Assembly (NCBI GenBank): GCA_964016885.1
Contig: OZ024764.1
Span: 9,982,001 to 10,046,000, forward strand
Length of the DNA: 64,000 nt
Direction: 5' to 3'
DNA from: Eledone cirrhosa
Lineage: Eukaryota
Position 1 is the stretch's first letter, and the number at the start of each line of letters is the position of its first letter. The position numbers and the translations under genes were made by a program. The notes beneath the pieces were generated by a model. That model was not told where the DNA came from. It searched no databases and saw only the letters and a list, made by a program, of their open reading frames with translations. Below, in pieces: positions 1-11,877 of the stretch.

Positions 1-48
1 TCCATATGTAGCACAGAGGACTAAGAAGAGGGGGGTGCTTGGGCGACG

Positions 49-91
<43 letters not shown>

Positions 92-239
92 AACGAGTAG
101 GACCCCCTACTCGTTCCTATTACCCACTCTACTACCCTAAGTATTGTGTACTTTGGTGCGTTATATGTACACCTGGTTCCTGACCACATTTCCTTCGTTA
201 TATATATATATATATACACACACATACATATATATATAT

Positions 240-290
240 AGTTTCAGAAGATCCCGTTAAGGGTGAAAGCAGTGATTCTTTGCTTAAACT
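240..290 (+). ncRNA. Hammerhead ribozyme-like motif, U4A variant family (copy 1)
   Basis: agttt-CAGAAGA-t-ccc(gttaa)ggg-t-GAAA-gca(9 nt)tgc-TT-aaact; all three stems pair. Confidence 0.55.
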
Positions 291-423
291 TTAATCTGTT
301 ATTTTAATAAATATTTGCTCTAGGGTTCTTATATATTTGATATATATTTATCCTTATCGAGCCCTCTTTGGATTTTAGTCTTCACATTTATTATTATTAC
401 TATATATATATATATATATATAT

Positions 424-615
424 ATAGGAACAAGTAAGACCCCGACGGCTGAGCTCAAGCCGTTTCGACGGCTAATTCTGTCCAGAATTAGCCGTCGAAA
501 CGGCTTGAGCTCAGCCGTCGGGGTCTTACTTGTTCCTATTACCCACTCTACTACCCTAAGTATTGAGTACTTTGGTGCGTTATGGTCCACCTGGTTCCTT
601 ACCACATTTCCTTCG

Positions 616-618
<3 letters not shown>
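424..618. mobile_element. ~140-200 bp (TA)n-embedded fold-back element carrying the 3' half of a hammerhead. Copies at ~87-200, 2056-2193, 3785-3901, 9960-10164, 41618-41805, 45153-45311, 50660-50844, 60975-61118, 63293-63486.
   Basis: Near-identical dispersed copies, mostly ending ...ccttcgtta(TA)n; variable-length inverted duplication of the 5' part. Confidence 0.85.
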
Positions 619-669
<51 letters not shown>

Positions 670-751
670 CTATGCACTTATCAGTTTGGTAAATACGTTC
701 GACCGAGACTGTAGCCGCTTAAGTTGCTAATAAAAATAATAATAATATATA

Positions 752-808
<57 letters not shown>

Positions 809-813
<5 letters not shown>

Positions 814-1232
814 TTCTATTTAAATTGTTGGGATACAACAAGCAAATATTTTTATAACTGATATAAAGCACTCAACAAATAAGTGGAGTAAAAATACGAT
901 ATTAACAAATGGAAACTATATTTATAAAACCATATTTATTTCATTATACATATTTCAAGGACTATGCGGGAGCTTCCATCAGTAATGGTGGCATTCTTTA
1001 AGGGTATGTCAATATTTATTTATAAAACTGCTCTATATTATATTTTATCTGATGAAAGCACACCATAATTTAACTTGGTGTCCTTGAAATATGTATAATG
1101 AAATAAATATGGTTTTATAAATATAGTTTCCATTTGTTTAATATCGTATATCTACTCCAAAACTTCTTGAGTGCTTTATATCAATTATAAAATATTTACT
1201 CGTTGTAACCCAACAATTTTAAATAAAACTTT

Positions 1233-1233
<1 letters not shown>
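809..1233. mobile_element. Fold-back element (~155-bp arms) with HHR-like motifs at both arm/spacer junctions
   Basis: 809-962 is an imperfect reverse complement of 1080-1233; flanked by (TA)n. Confidence 0.7.
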
Positions 1234-1293
<60 letters not shown>

Positions 1294-1608
1294 TAATACA
1301 ATAACAGAGATAGTTTAAAGCTAATCTCTGACTGGTAACCATCTCACTCAACAAACATTAGGTTATATTAAAATATAGACCCAATTTAAGTGTTTGGGGT
1401 GCTAACAATATGTATAATGTGGAAAAACCAGTTGTATTATTTTATGAGATATAATTAAAGTTTAAGTATATCTCTCTTTCCAAACAATTGTTTCATTATA
1501 AGTTTTCTACAAGTTTGGGAGAATGTTTCCAGTTTATATATATATATATAAACATGTAATCCATGTGCAACCATGCAGTATTCTTCTCCCCATATTTTTC
1601 ATATATAT

Positions 1609-1877
1609 ATATTGTTATACTTTGGGAGGGTCATGTTGCCAATAAGAAACACACGCACCAGTTGCTTTCACTTCAATTTATTATATATTTATAAATTTTT
1701 AAATTTACAATATATATAAACAACTATCTGGTTGTGGAACCAACCAACCAACCAGAAATTTATAAGTTTGTAGATTTGTAAATTTATAAATTTATAAATA
1801 TATAATAAATTGAAGTGAAAGCAACTGGTGCGTGTGTTTCTTATTGGCAACATGACCCTCCCAAAGTATAACAATAT
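1609..1877. repeat. Inverted repeat (~110-bp arms) between (TA)n tracts
   Basis: 1609-1720 vs 1765-1877 reverse complement, nearly perfect in the outer ~80 bp. Confidence 0.8.
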
Positions 1878-1931
1878 TGGTTTCAACACACGATTTCAGA
1901 TAAAGAATCTTGCTAAACAAATTCAGAAACG

Positions 1932-1970
<39 letters not shown>

Positions 1971-2294
1971 AAAATGGAACGGGAACAAAACAGAGAGGCA
2001 GTACAAACAAAGGTTTATTAGTTTCACGCTCTTGAGAGTGAAGGGGGGTGGATATAACGGAAGAGTTGTGGTAAGGAACCAGGTGGACCATAACGCACAA
2101 GAGTACTCAATACTTAGGGTAGTAGAGTGGGTAATAGGAGAAAGTATGACCCCGACGGCAGAGCTCAAGCCGTTTCGACGGCTATTGCTGGACTAAAGTG
2201 TATAGAGAATGAGTGAGAGAGGGGGGGGGGAGAAATACACACACACTCTATTATATATCTATATATATATATAGAGAGAACATACATACACCAA

Positions 2295-3270
2295 CACCAC
2301 GATCACCATTACTACCACGCCCAACACCACCACCACCACCACCACCACCTTCACTACTACCACCACTACCGTCAATGACACCATCACCACCACCAGCATC
2401 ACTACCACCACCACCACCACCACCACAAGTAGCTTCACTACTACCACTACCATAAACTTCATTACCACCATCATCACTACTTACCATCACTACCACCACC
2501 ACCACCAGCATCACCACTACCACCATCATCACCACCACCACCACCACCACCACCACCACCACACCACCACCAGCATCACTACGTACCACCACCATCACCA
2601 CCACCAGCATCACTACCACCACCACCACCACTACTTACCATCACTACCACCACCACACCACCACCACCACCACCAGCATCACTACGTACCATCACCACCA
2701 GCATCACCACCACTACCACCACCACCACCACCAGCATCACCACTACCACCACCACCACCACCACCACCAGCATCACTACTTACCATCACTACCACCACCA
2801 GCATCACCACTACCACCACCACCACCAGCATCACTACCACCACCACCACCACCAGCATCACTACCACCACCACCACCACCAGCATCACTACGTACCACCA
2901 CCACCACCACCAGCATCACTACGTATCATCACTACCACCACCACCAGCATCACTACGTATCATCACTACCACCACCACCACCACTACCAGCATCACTACG
3001 TACCATCACTACCACCACCACCACCACCACCACACTACCACCACCACCACCACCACCAGCATCACTACGTACTATCACTACCACCACCACCACCACCAGC
3101 ATCACTACGTATCATCACTACCACCACCACCACCACCACTACCACCACCACCACCACCAGCATCACTACGTATCATCACTACCACCACCACCACCACCAG
3201 CATCACTACGTACCATCACTACCACCACCACCACCACCACCACCACCACCAGCACCACCACCACCACCGC
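2295..3270. repeat. (CAC)n/(CAT)n low-complexity tract
   Basis: Direct inspection. Confidence 0.9.
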
Positions 3271-3755
3271 CACCCTCTCACTAACACAGCCGTTCTCAGT
3301 CTACGGAGTTACACACGGGAACCATATCTTTCTACATCGTCTCACCTGTAAATTAACTTTTACCCACTTCTCAGGTAAGTTCACCTTAAACAACAACAAC
3401 AACAGTAACAACAACAACAACAGTAACAACAACAGTAACAACAGTAACAACAACAACAGTAACAACAACAGTAACAACAATAACAACAGTAACAACAACA
3501 ATAACAAAAACAACAGTAACGATAACAATAACAACAGTAACAACAACAATAACAACAGTAACAACAGCAACAACAACAGCAACAATGCCCTTCATTAACT
3601 GCCCCCCCCCCCCATATGTTGAAAAAAACAACAAAACAAACTTTTTAACCCAACCTGAAAGTTCCATCTTTGCTAGAAATAGCAGCCAAATATCTCTCAA
3701 ATCGCACTCTACTGTCTTATATGCGTGAGTGTATGTATGTATGTATGTACATGTA

Positions 3756-3787
<32 letters not shown>

Positions 3788-3899
3788 ACAAAGGAATTGT
3801 GGTAAGGAACCAGATGGACCATAACGCACCAGAGTACTCAATACTTAGGGTAGTAGAGTGGGTAATAAGCGTCCAGAAATAGCCGTCGAAACGGCTGAG

Positions 3900-3931
3900 C
3901 TACTGTCTTATGTATGCGTGTATGTATGTGT

Positions 3932-3963
<32 letters not shown>

Positions 3964-4106
3964 GTGTGTGTGTGTTTACGTATATGTATATATGTATGTA
4001 TAAGCAAACGGAAGACCCCAACATGGTAGCAAGACCATGTGCAAATAGCAACCAAATCTCCCTCAAATCACACCCTACTGTCTTATGTATGCGTGTATGT
4101 ATGTGT

Positions 4107-4140
<34 letters not shown>

Positions 4141-4295
4141 GTGTGTGTGTTTACGTATATGTATATATGTATGTATAAGCAAACGGAAGACCCCAACATG
4201 GTAGCAAGACCATGTGCAAATAGCAACCAAATCTCCCTCAAATCACACCCTACTGTCTTATGTATGCGTGTATGTATGTGTATATATATATATAA

Positions 4296-4331
<36 letters not shown>

Positions 4332-4464
4332 ATTTACGTATATATATATATGTATGTATAAGGAAACGAGGGACCACAAACGAGGTAGCTAGACCACGTG
4401 GAAATAGCAACCAAATCTCCCTCAAATCACATCCTACTGTCTTATGTATGCGTGTATGTATGTG

Positions 4465-4495
<31 letters not shown>

Positions 4496-4630
4496 ATTTA
4501 CGTATATGTATATATGTATGTATAAGGAAACGAAGGACCACAAACGAGGTAGCTAGACCATGTGGAAATAGCAACCAAATCTCCCTCAAATCACACCCTA
4601 CTGTTTTCTGTGTGTGTGTGTATGTATGTA

Positions 4631-4685
<55 letters not shown>

Positions 4686-5530
4686 ATGTATTTACTTATA
4701 TATATGTATGTATTTATAAAGAAACGAGAGACCTCAACATGGTAGCTAGACCATGTGGAAATAGCAACCAAATCTCCCTCAAATCACACCCTACTGTCTT
4801 ATGTGTGTGTATTTGCATGTATGTACATGTATGGTAGAAATAGCAACCAAATCCCCCCTCAAATCACACCCTACTGTCTTATATATGAGGGAGACCTCTA
4901 CACGGTAGCTAGACCTGGTAGAAATAACAGCCAAATCCCCCTCAAATCACACCCTACTGTCCTATATATGAGGGAGACCTCTACACGGTAGCTAGACCTG
5001 GTAGAAATAACAGCCAAATCTCGCCTCAAATCACACCCTACTGTCCTATATATGAGGGAGACCTCAACATGGTAGCTAGATCTGGTAGAAATAGCAGCCA
5101 AATCCCCCTTCAAATCACACCCTACTGTCTTGTATATGAGGGAGACCTCAACATGGTAGCTAGATCTGGTAGAAATAGCAACGAAATCCCCCCTCAAATC
5201 ACACCCTACTGTCTTATATATGAGGGAGACCTCTACACGGTAGCTAGATCTGGTAGAAATAGCAACGAAATCCCCCCTCAAATCACACCCTACTGTCTTA
5301 TATATGAGGGAGACCTCAACATGGTAGTTAGATCTGGTAGAAATAGCAGCCAAATCCCCCCTCAAATCACACCCTACTGTCTTATATATGAGGGAGACCT
5401 CAACATGGTAGCTAGATCTGGTAGAAATAGCAGCCAAATCCCCCCTCAAATCACACCCTACTGTCTTATATATGAGGGAGACCTCTACACGGTAGCTAGA
5501 CCTGGTAGAAATAGCAGCCAAATCTCCCTC
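3900..5530. repeat. Tandem array: ~175-bp microsatellite-containing units (3900-4830) grading into ~84-bp units (4840-5530)
   Basis: Recurrent aaatagcaNccaaatc(t/c)ccctcaaatcacaccctactgtctta; 28-aa periodicity in the ORF track. Confidence 0.85.
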
Positions 5531-5829
5531 AGTTATGGCTCTTTATGTTCTGAGTTCAAATCCAGTCGATGTTAGCTCTGCCTTTCATCCTTAGGGGTAG
5601 ATAAAATAAAGTACCAGTAATGCACTGGGGTCAATTTAATCAATTTTCCCCTCCTCAAATTGTGCCAAAATCAGAAACCATTAATGAAAGAGCTGTTCTT
5701 TCTCCACAGATCCAAGTTCAGTTATATTTTGGTCTAAGTGACTTGGTATATAACCTAGACTAAATTAAAGTTGGTTTCGAGCCTGAGTGCTAATCAGACC
5801 AGTGTTTATCCCAGGGTCTATGGCGTGAA

Positions 5830-7580
5830 GCAAGAGAGAGTATAATACTTCCCCCTGGACAGGACACCAGTCCATCGCAGGGTTAAACTCCCAGACATTG
5901 CTGGTACTAATACTGGTTTCTTTTGTGTTAAGCAACTGAGAGTACAGGACTCCCCCCTGGATAGGACACCAGTCCATTGCAGGGTTAAACTCCCAGCCAT
6001 TGCTGGTACTAATACTGGTTTCTTTTATGTTAAGCAACTGAGAGTACAAGACTTCTCCCTGGACAGGACACCAGTCCATCACAGTGTTAAAGTCTGTCTT
6101 AGTGTCATTGGTGTTAAGTGACTGAGAGTACAAGACTTCCCCTTGGACAGGACACCAGTCCATCACAGTGTTAAAGTCTGTCTTAGTTTCATTGGTGTTA
6201 AGTGACTGAGGGTACAAGACTTCCCCCTGGACAGGACACCAGTCCATCACAGTGTTAAAGTCTGTCTTAGTTTCATTGGTGTTAAGTGACTGAGGGTACA
6301 AGACTTCCCCCTGGACAGGACACCAGTCCATCACAGGGTTAAAGTCTGTCTTAGTTTCATTGATGTTAAGTGACGGAGAGTACAAGACTTCCCCCTGGAC
6401 AAGACACCAGTCCATCACAGTGTTAAAGTCTGTCTTAGTTTCATTGATGTTAAGTGACGGAGAGTACAAGACTTCCCCCTGGACAGGACACCAGTCCATC
6501 ACAGTGTTAAAGTCTGTCTTAGTTTCATTGGTGTTAAGTGACTGAGAGTACAAGACTTCCCCCTGGACAGGACACCAGTCCATCACAGAGTTAAAGTCTG
6601 TCTTAGTTTCATTGATGTTAAGTGACGGAGAGTACAAGACTTCCCCCTGGACAAGACACCAGTCCATCACAGTGTTAAAGTCTGTCTTAGTTTCATTGAT
6701 GTTAAGTGACGGAGAGTACAAGACTTCCCCCTGGACAGGACACCAGTCCATCACAGTGTTAAAGTCTGTCTTAGTTTCATTGGTGTTAAGTGACTGAGAG
6801 TACAAGACTTCCCCCTGGACAGGACACCAGTCCATCACAGAGTTAAAGTCTGTCTTAGTTTCATTGGTGTTAAGTGACTGAGGGTACAAGACTTCCCCCT
6901 GGACAGGACACCAGTCCATCACAGTGTTAAAGTCTGTCTTAGTTTCATTGGTGTTAAGTGACTGAGAGTACAAGACTTCCCCCTGGACAGGACATCAGTC
7001 CATTGCAGGGTTAAACTCCCAGCCATTGCTGGTACTAATACTGGTTTCTTTTATGTTAAGCAACTGAGAGTACAAGACTTCCCCCTGGACAGGACACCAG
7101 TCCATCACAGTGTTAAAGTCTGTCTTAGTTTCATTGGTGTTAAGTGACTGAGGGTACAAGACTTCCCCCTGGACAGGACACCAGTCCATCACAGTGTTAA
7201 AGTCTGTCTTAGTTTCATTGGTGTTAAGTGACTGAGAGTACAAGACTTCCCCCTGGACAGGACATCAGTCCATTGCAGGGTTAAACTCCCAGCCATTGCT
7301 GGTACTAATACTGGTTTCTTTTATGTTAAGCAACTGAGAGTACAAGACTTCCCCCTGGACAGGACACCAGTCCATCACAGTGTTAAAGTCTGTCTTAGTT
7401 TCATTGGTGTTAAGTGACTGAGGGTACAAGACTTCCCCCTGGACAGGACACCAGTCCATTGCAGGGTTAAACTCCCAGCCATTGCTGGTACTAATACTGG
7501 TTTCTTTCGTGTTGAGCAACTGAGAGCACAAGACTCCCCCTGGACAGGACATCAGTCTATCACAGGGTTAAACTCCCAGC
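5830..7580. repeat. 84-bp minisatellite (with 102-bp variant units) derived from a SINE body
   Basis: ccctggacaggacaccagtccatcacag unit; runs into a minus-strand tRNA-SINE at 7560-7730. Confidence 0.9.
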
Positions 7581-7729
7581 TATTGTTGGTACCTATTTTC
7601 AGCTGAGTATACTGGAGCAATGTGAAATGAAGTATTTACTCAAGAACACAACATGCAACCCAGTCCAGGATTCAAACCTGCAACATAATGATTGTAAGTC
7701 CAACCCCCTTACCACTAGGCCATGTGCTT

Positions 7730-8530
7730 CTAGTATCTAGGACTATATTATCTAATATACAGTAGTTAGTATTACTGGCTATCTGACATAGTGTATCTAG
7801 GACTACATTATCTAATATACAGTACAGCAGTTAGTATTAGTGGCTATCAGACATAGTGTATCTAGGACTACATTATCTAATATACAGTATAGTAGTTAGT
7901 ATTAGTGGCTATCAGACATAGTGTGTCTAGGACTACATTATCTAATATACAGTATAGTAGTTAGTATTAGTGGCTATCAGACATAGTGTATCTAGGACTA
8001 CATTATCTAATGTACAGTATAGTAGTTAGTATTACTGGCTATCTGACATAGTGTATCTAGGACTACATTATCTAATATACAGTATAGTAGTTAGTATTAG
8101 TGACTATCAGACATAGTGTATCTAGGACTACATTATCTAATGTACAGTATAGTAGTTAGTATTAGTGACTATCAGACATAGTGTATCTAGGACTACATTA
8201 TCTAATGTATAGTATAGTAGTTAGTATTAGTGGCTATCAGACATAGTGTATCTAGTACTACATTATCTAATGTACAGTATAGTAGTTAGTATTAGTGGCT
8301 ATCAGACATAGTGTATCTAGGACTACATTATCTAATATACAGTATAGTAGCTAGTATTACTGGCTATCAGACAGTGTATCTAGGACTACATTATCTAATA
8401 TACAGTATAGTAGTTAGTATTAGTGGCTATCAGACATAGTGTATCTAGGACTACATTATCTAATGTACAGTATAGTAGTTAGTATTAGTGGCTATCAGAC
8501 ATAGTGTATCTAGGACTACATTATCTAATA
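7730..8530. repeat. 65-bp minisatellite, ~12 copies
   Basis: tctaggactacattatctaat... period 65. Confidence 0.9.
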
Positions 8531-8846
8531 GGTTTCTAGTTTTAGGATGGTTAAAATTTTTAAATTTAATTCCTGTATGTATAACTTTTCAATTCCAATT
8601 ACTGACACCAAGCTATCATTGGTATGGGGGTTTGCTGTGTATTCTAATTATTTGTATATGAGGGTACCCTAAAACTGAAGTGCATCGAGGCCCTTAAAGT
8701 CTACGTCTAGCCCTGTATATATAACCTGTAGCTCCAACAATAACAGGCATGAAAGCAGAATGTGTATCTTGGGTACTGGTTATTCTAGTGCCTCACTAAT
8801 GGTCCATGATGGTATGTTGCTTCAATCTATCTTATTTCTCATTCTT

Positions 8847-8882
8847 TCTTCTGATGAAGGACTAGTGTCCGAAACGTTAAGA
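8847..8882 (+). ncRNA. Minimal type I hammerhead ribozyme (Penelope-type)
   Basis: tctt-CTGATGA-a-GGAC(tagt)GTCC-GAAA-cg-TT-aaga; palindromic ACGT stem III. Confidence 0.7.
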
Positions 8883-9000
8883 CCTTTTTCCTGCAATATC
8901 AAGCGTTAACCTAATATATCCCTTCCATATACTGTACCGATTGTGTTGTTATTTCTGTTTACCTTTTACATACATATATATATATGTCTATATAGTAATA

Positions 9001-9420
9001 ATGTCAACTCTGGATGTCGGTGAGCATGTCCAGCCAACCTCAGTCTCCTCTGTGTCACTTTTGAGCTGACTTTTGGGATGCTCCCATACAGCTCTGAGTT
9101 TTTCATCCTCAGTGTATACTGATTAATGTTCAGAGCCATCCTCAGCATTCTCGTGTAGCACCCATCCACCATCTGAGTGAGTCTCTTGGTCAGTGTCCAA
9201 GTCTCAGACCCATACAGCAGCACAGACTCCACTACAGAGCCCCTACATGGACACACTAGAAGAGGAAGACCAAGGTTAACATATGTTGATGCCCTAAGGA
9301 CAGACACTGGTCTGTTGGAGATGCAGGATATGGCAGCGATAATGAGGGACAGAGACCGCTGGAGAGAACTCGTCCATGGATCTCGGGAATTTTACCCGCC
9401 TTAGATAGATAGATAGATAG
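9001..9420. mobile_element. LINE (RTE-like) 3' fragment with 5' inversion and (TAGA)n tail; related copies at 29018-29550 (+), 35470-35725 (-), 44430-44690 (+)
   Basis: VESVLLYGSETWTLT...RLRLAGH on -, continuing EPLHGHTRRGRP...DRDRWR on +. Confidence 0.8.
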
Positions 9421-9675
9421 TAATAATAATAAATTTGAAGACTAAAATCCAAAGAGGGCTCGATAAGGATAAATATATATCAAATATATAAGAACCGTAG
9501 AGCAAAGATTTTGTGTAATTGTTTTTCACTGCTCCAAATAATGATGTATTATATTCGTTTTTTCCCGTTCTTTGCCAGGGAACGTTTCCACGAACCAAAG
9601 TATCGTCTTCCTGTCTTCCTCCGGTTGCAACGTTTTTTGAAATATTCACTTCTGCGTTCACAGATTGACTTTGTT

Positions 9676-9726
9676 AGTTTCAGAAGATCCCGTTAAGGGT
9701 GAAAGCAGCGATTCTTTGCTTAAACT
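9676..9726 (+). ncRNA. Hammerhead ribozyme-like motif, U4A variant family (copy 2)
   Basis: Same fold as 240-290; a third copy on - at 52599-52649 has GAAA>GAGA. Confidence 0.55.
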
Positions 9727-10161
9727 TTAATCTGTTATTTTAATAAATATATATATATATATATATATATAGAGAAGAAGTTTATGAAATGGAAATGCGG
9801 GTATTTCCATTTCCATTTCATAAACTTCTTCTCCATATTTTCTCCGGATTTTAAAACACACTTTATTATACGTTGCGCAATCTCTGACGTCGGTTGACTC
9901 CATCCAATGCAACTACTTAGTAACATTGGAATACAAATATATATATATATATATATATATAGGAACAAGTAAGACCCCGACAGCTGAGCTCAAGCCGTTT
10001 CGACGGCTAATTCTGGACTCAATGAGTCCAGAATTAGCCGTCGAAACGGCTTGAGCTCAGCTGTCGGGGTCTTACTTGTTCCTATTACCCACTCTACTAC
10101 CTCAAGTATTGAGTACTTTGGTGCGTTATGGTCCACCTGGTTCCTTACCACATTTCCTTCG

Positions 10162-10207
<46 letters not shown>

Positions 10208-10325
10208 AAATATTTCGTATCTCCAAAGAAATACGGTTTTAGGAAGCCGTAGCTATGCAAACACCGGGAGGGAGGAGGGAAGGGCTAACGCCCTCTGGTG
10301 ATGTCCAGCAGAAGCAAGGGGGACA

Positions 10326-10369
10326 ACCGTCTATGCATTTCAGGCTTAACTGGCCTTCGTCAGGACGGT
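10326..10369 (-). ncRNA. Type I hammerhead ribozyme, intact core
   Basis: accgtc-CTGACGA-aggc(cagttaa)gcct-GAAA-tgca-TA-gacggt; 6-bp stem I, palindromic ATGCAT stem III. Confidence 0.8.
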
Positions 10370-10512
10370 CCCTCCCATTGCTTGCTACTGCTGGACTGAG
10401 CCAAATTATGCAGCTTCATATGCAAATGAGATTAATCACCTCATTTACACAGACAAGAAAAGTATATACTCTCGCCTGTCTTCTAGTCCAGCAGTCGCAA
10501 GCGGTGGGAGGG

Positions 10513-10556
10513 ACCGTCCTGACAAAGGCCAGTTAATCCTGAAATGCATAGACGGT
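10513..10556 (+). ncRNA. Hammerhead ribozyme, mutated (G8A) mirror copy
   Basis: accgtc-CTGACAA-aggc(cagttaa)tcct-GAAA-tgca-TA-gacggt. Confidence 0.55.
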
Positions 10557-10715
10557 TGTCCCCCTTGCTTCTGCTGGACATCACCAGAGGGCGTTAGCAC
10601 CCCCCGCCTCCCTCCCGGTGTTTGCATACCTACTGCTTCCTAAAACCGTATTTCTTTGGAGATACGAAATATTTATACATATTGTATAAAGCTATGCATG
10701 AAACGAAATCCTACT

Positions 10716-10777
<62 letters not shown>

Positions 10778-10824
10778 ATATATATGTGTGTGTATATATA
10801 TATGTGTATATATATATATATGTA

Positions 10825-10994
<170 letters not shown>

Positions 10995-11359
10995 TATATC
11001 CAGGCCGAAACAAATGACACAGTCCACGCTGTAATGTGGCCGTAAAGGCAACACAGTAAAAACCTCCCAGCCCCACACTGTAAGCGTGGTTGGTGTTAGG
11101 AAGGGCATCCAGCTGTAGAAAACCCGCCAGACAGTCCACGCTGTAATGTGGCCGTGTAGGCAACACGGTAAAAACCTCCCAGCCCCACACTGTAAATGTG
11201 GTTGGTGTTAGGAAGGGCATCCAGCTGTAGAAAACCTGCCAGACAGTCCTATGCGAGCAAGACAATCAGTCTTGCCTCAAGTGGGAAAGCCCCCGTCCAA
11301 ACCCATGCAAGCGTGGAACACGGACGTTAAACGTTGATGATGATGATGATGATGATATG

Positions 11360-11405
<46 letters not shown>

Positions 11406-11418
11406 CATATACATATAC

Positions 11419-11461
<43 letters not shown>

Positions 11462-11527
11462 TATATATTACTGATGTTGTTATTTGAATTCTCCTAGTAT
11501 ATTACAAATGGCGTGTATAATTTTTAT

Positions 11528-11639
11528 CAGTTATTCCGATGATTTGATTAGGCATGAATGTATTTAAAATTGAGTGACACGACTTCAAGTGATTAGCAAT
11601 CTTTAGACACCCTAATCAATGAAACAATTGTTAATACTG
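11528..11639 (+). ncRNA. Hammerhead-like motif with extended stem II (U4C)
   Basis: tatt-CCGATGA-t-ttgattagg...cctaatcaa-t-GAAA-caattg-TT-aata. Confidence 0.55.
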
Positions 11640-11707
11640 TAAATAAAACCCTTTTTGTACTGTTGACCATGTTATTCTTCAATCTTTCACTATATATATA
11701 TATATAA

Positions 11708-11747
<40 letters not shown>

Positions 11748-11823
11748 TGTATATAATATATATATATGCTAGCATGGAAGAACGGACATAAAACGGTGAT
11801 GATGATGATGATGATGATGATAT

Positions 11824-11875
<52 letters not shown>

Positions 11876-11877
<2 letters not shown>

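Larger units (their letters stand above)
10201..10681. mobile_element. Fold-back element (~197-bp arms) with an HHR in each arm
   Basis: 10201-10397 vs 10485-10681 reverse complement; (TA)n flanks. Confidence 0.85.

Noticed and set aside
5765-6973. 402-aa ORF with 28-aa repeats
   Set aside because: 84-bp SINE-derived minisatellite; the period is a multiple of 3, with no splice or start evidence
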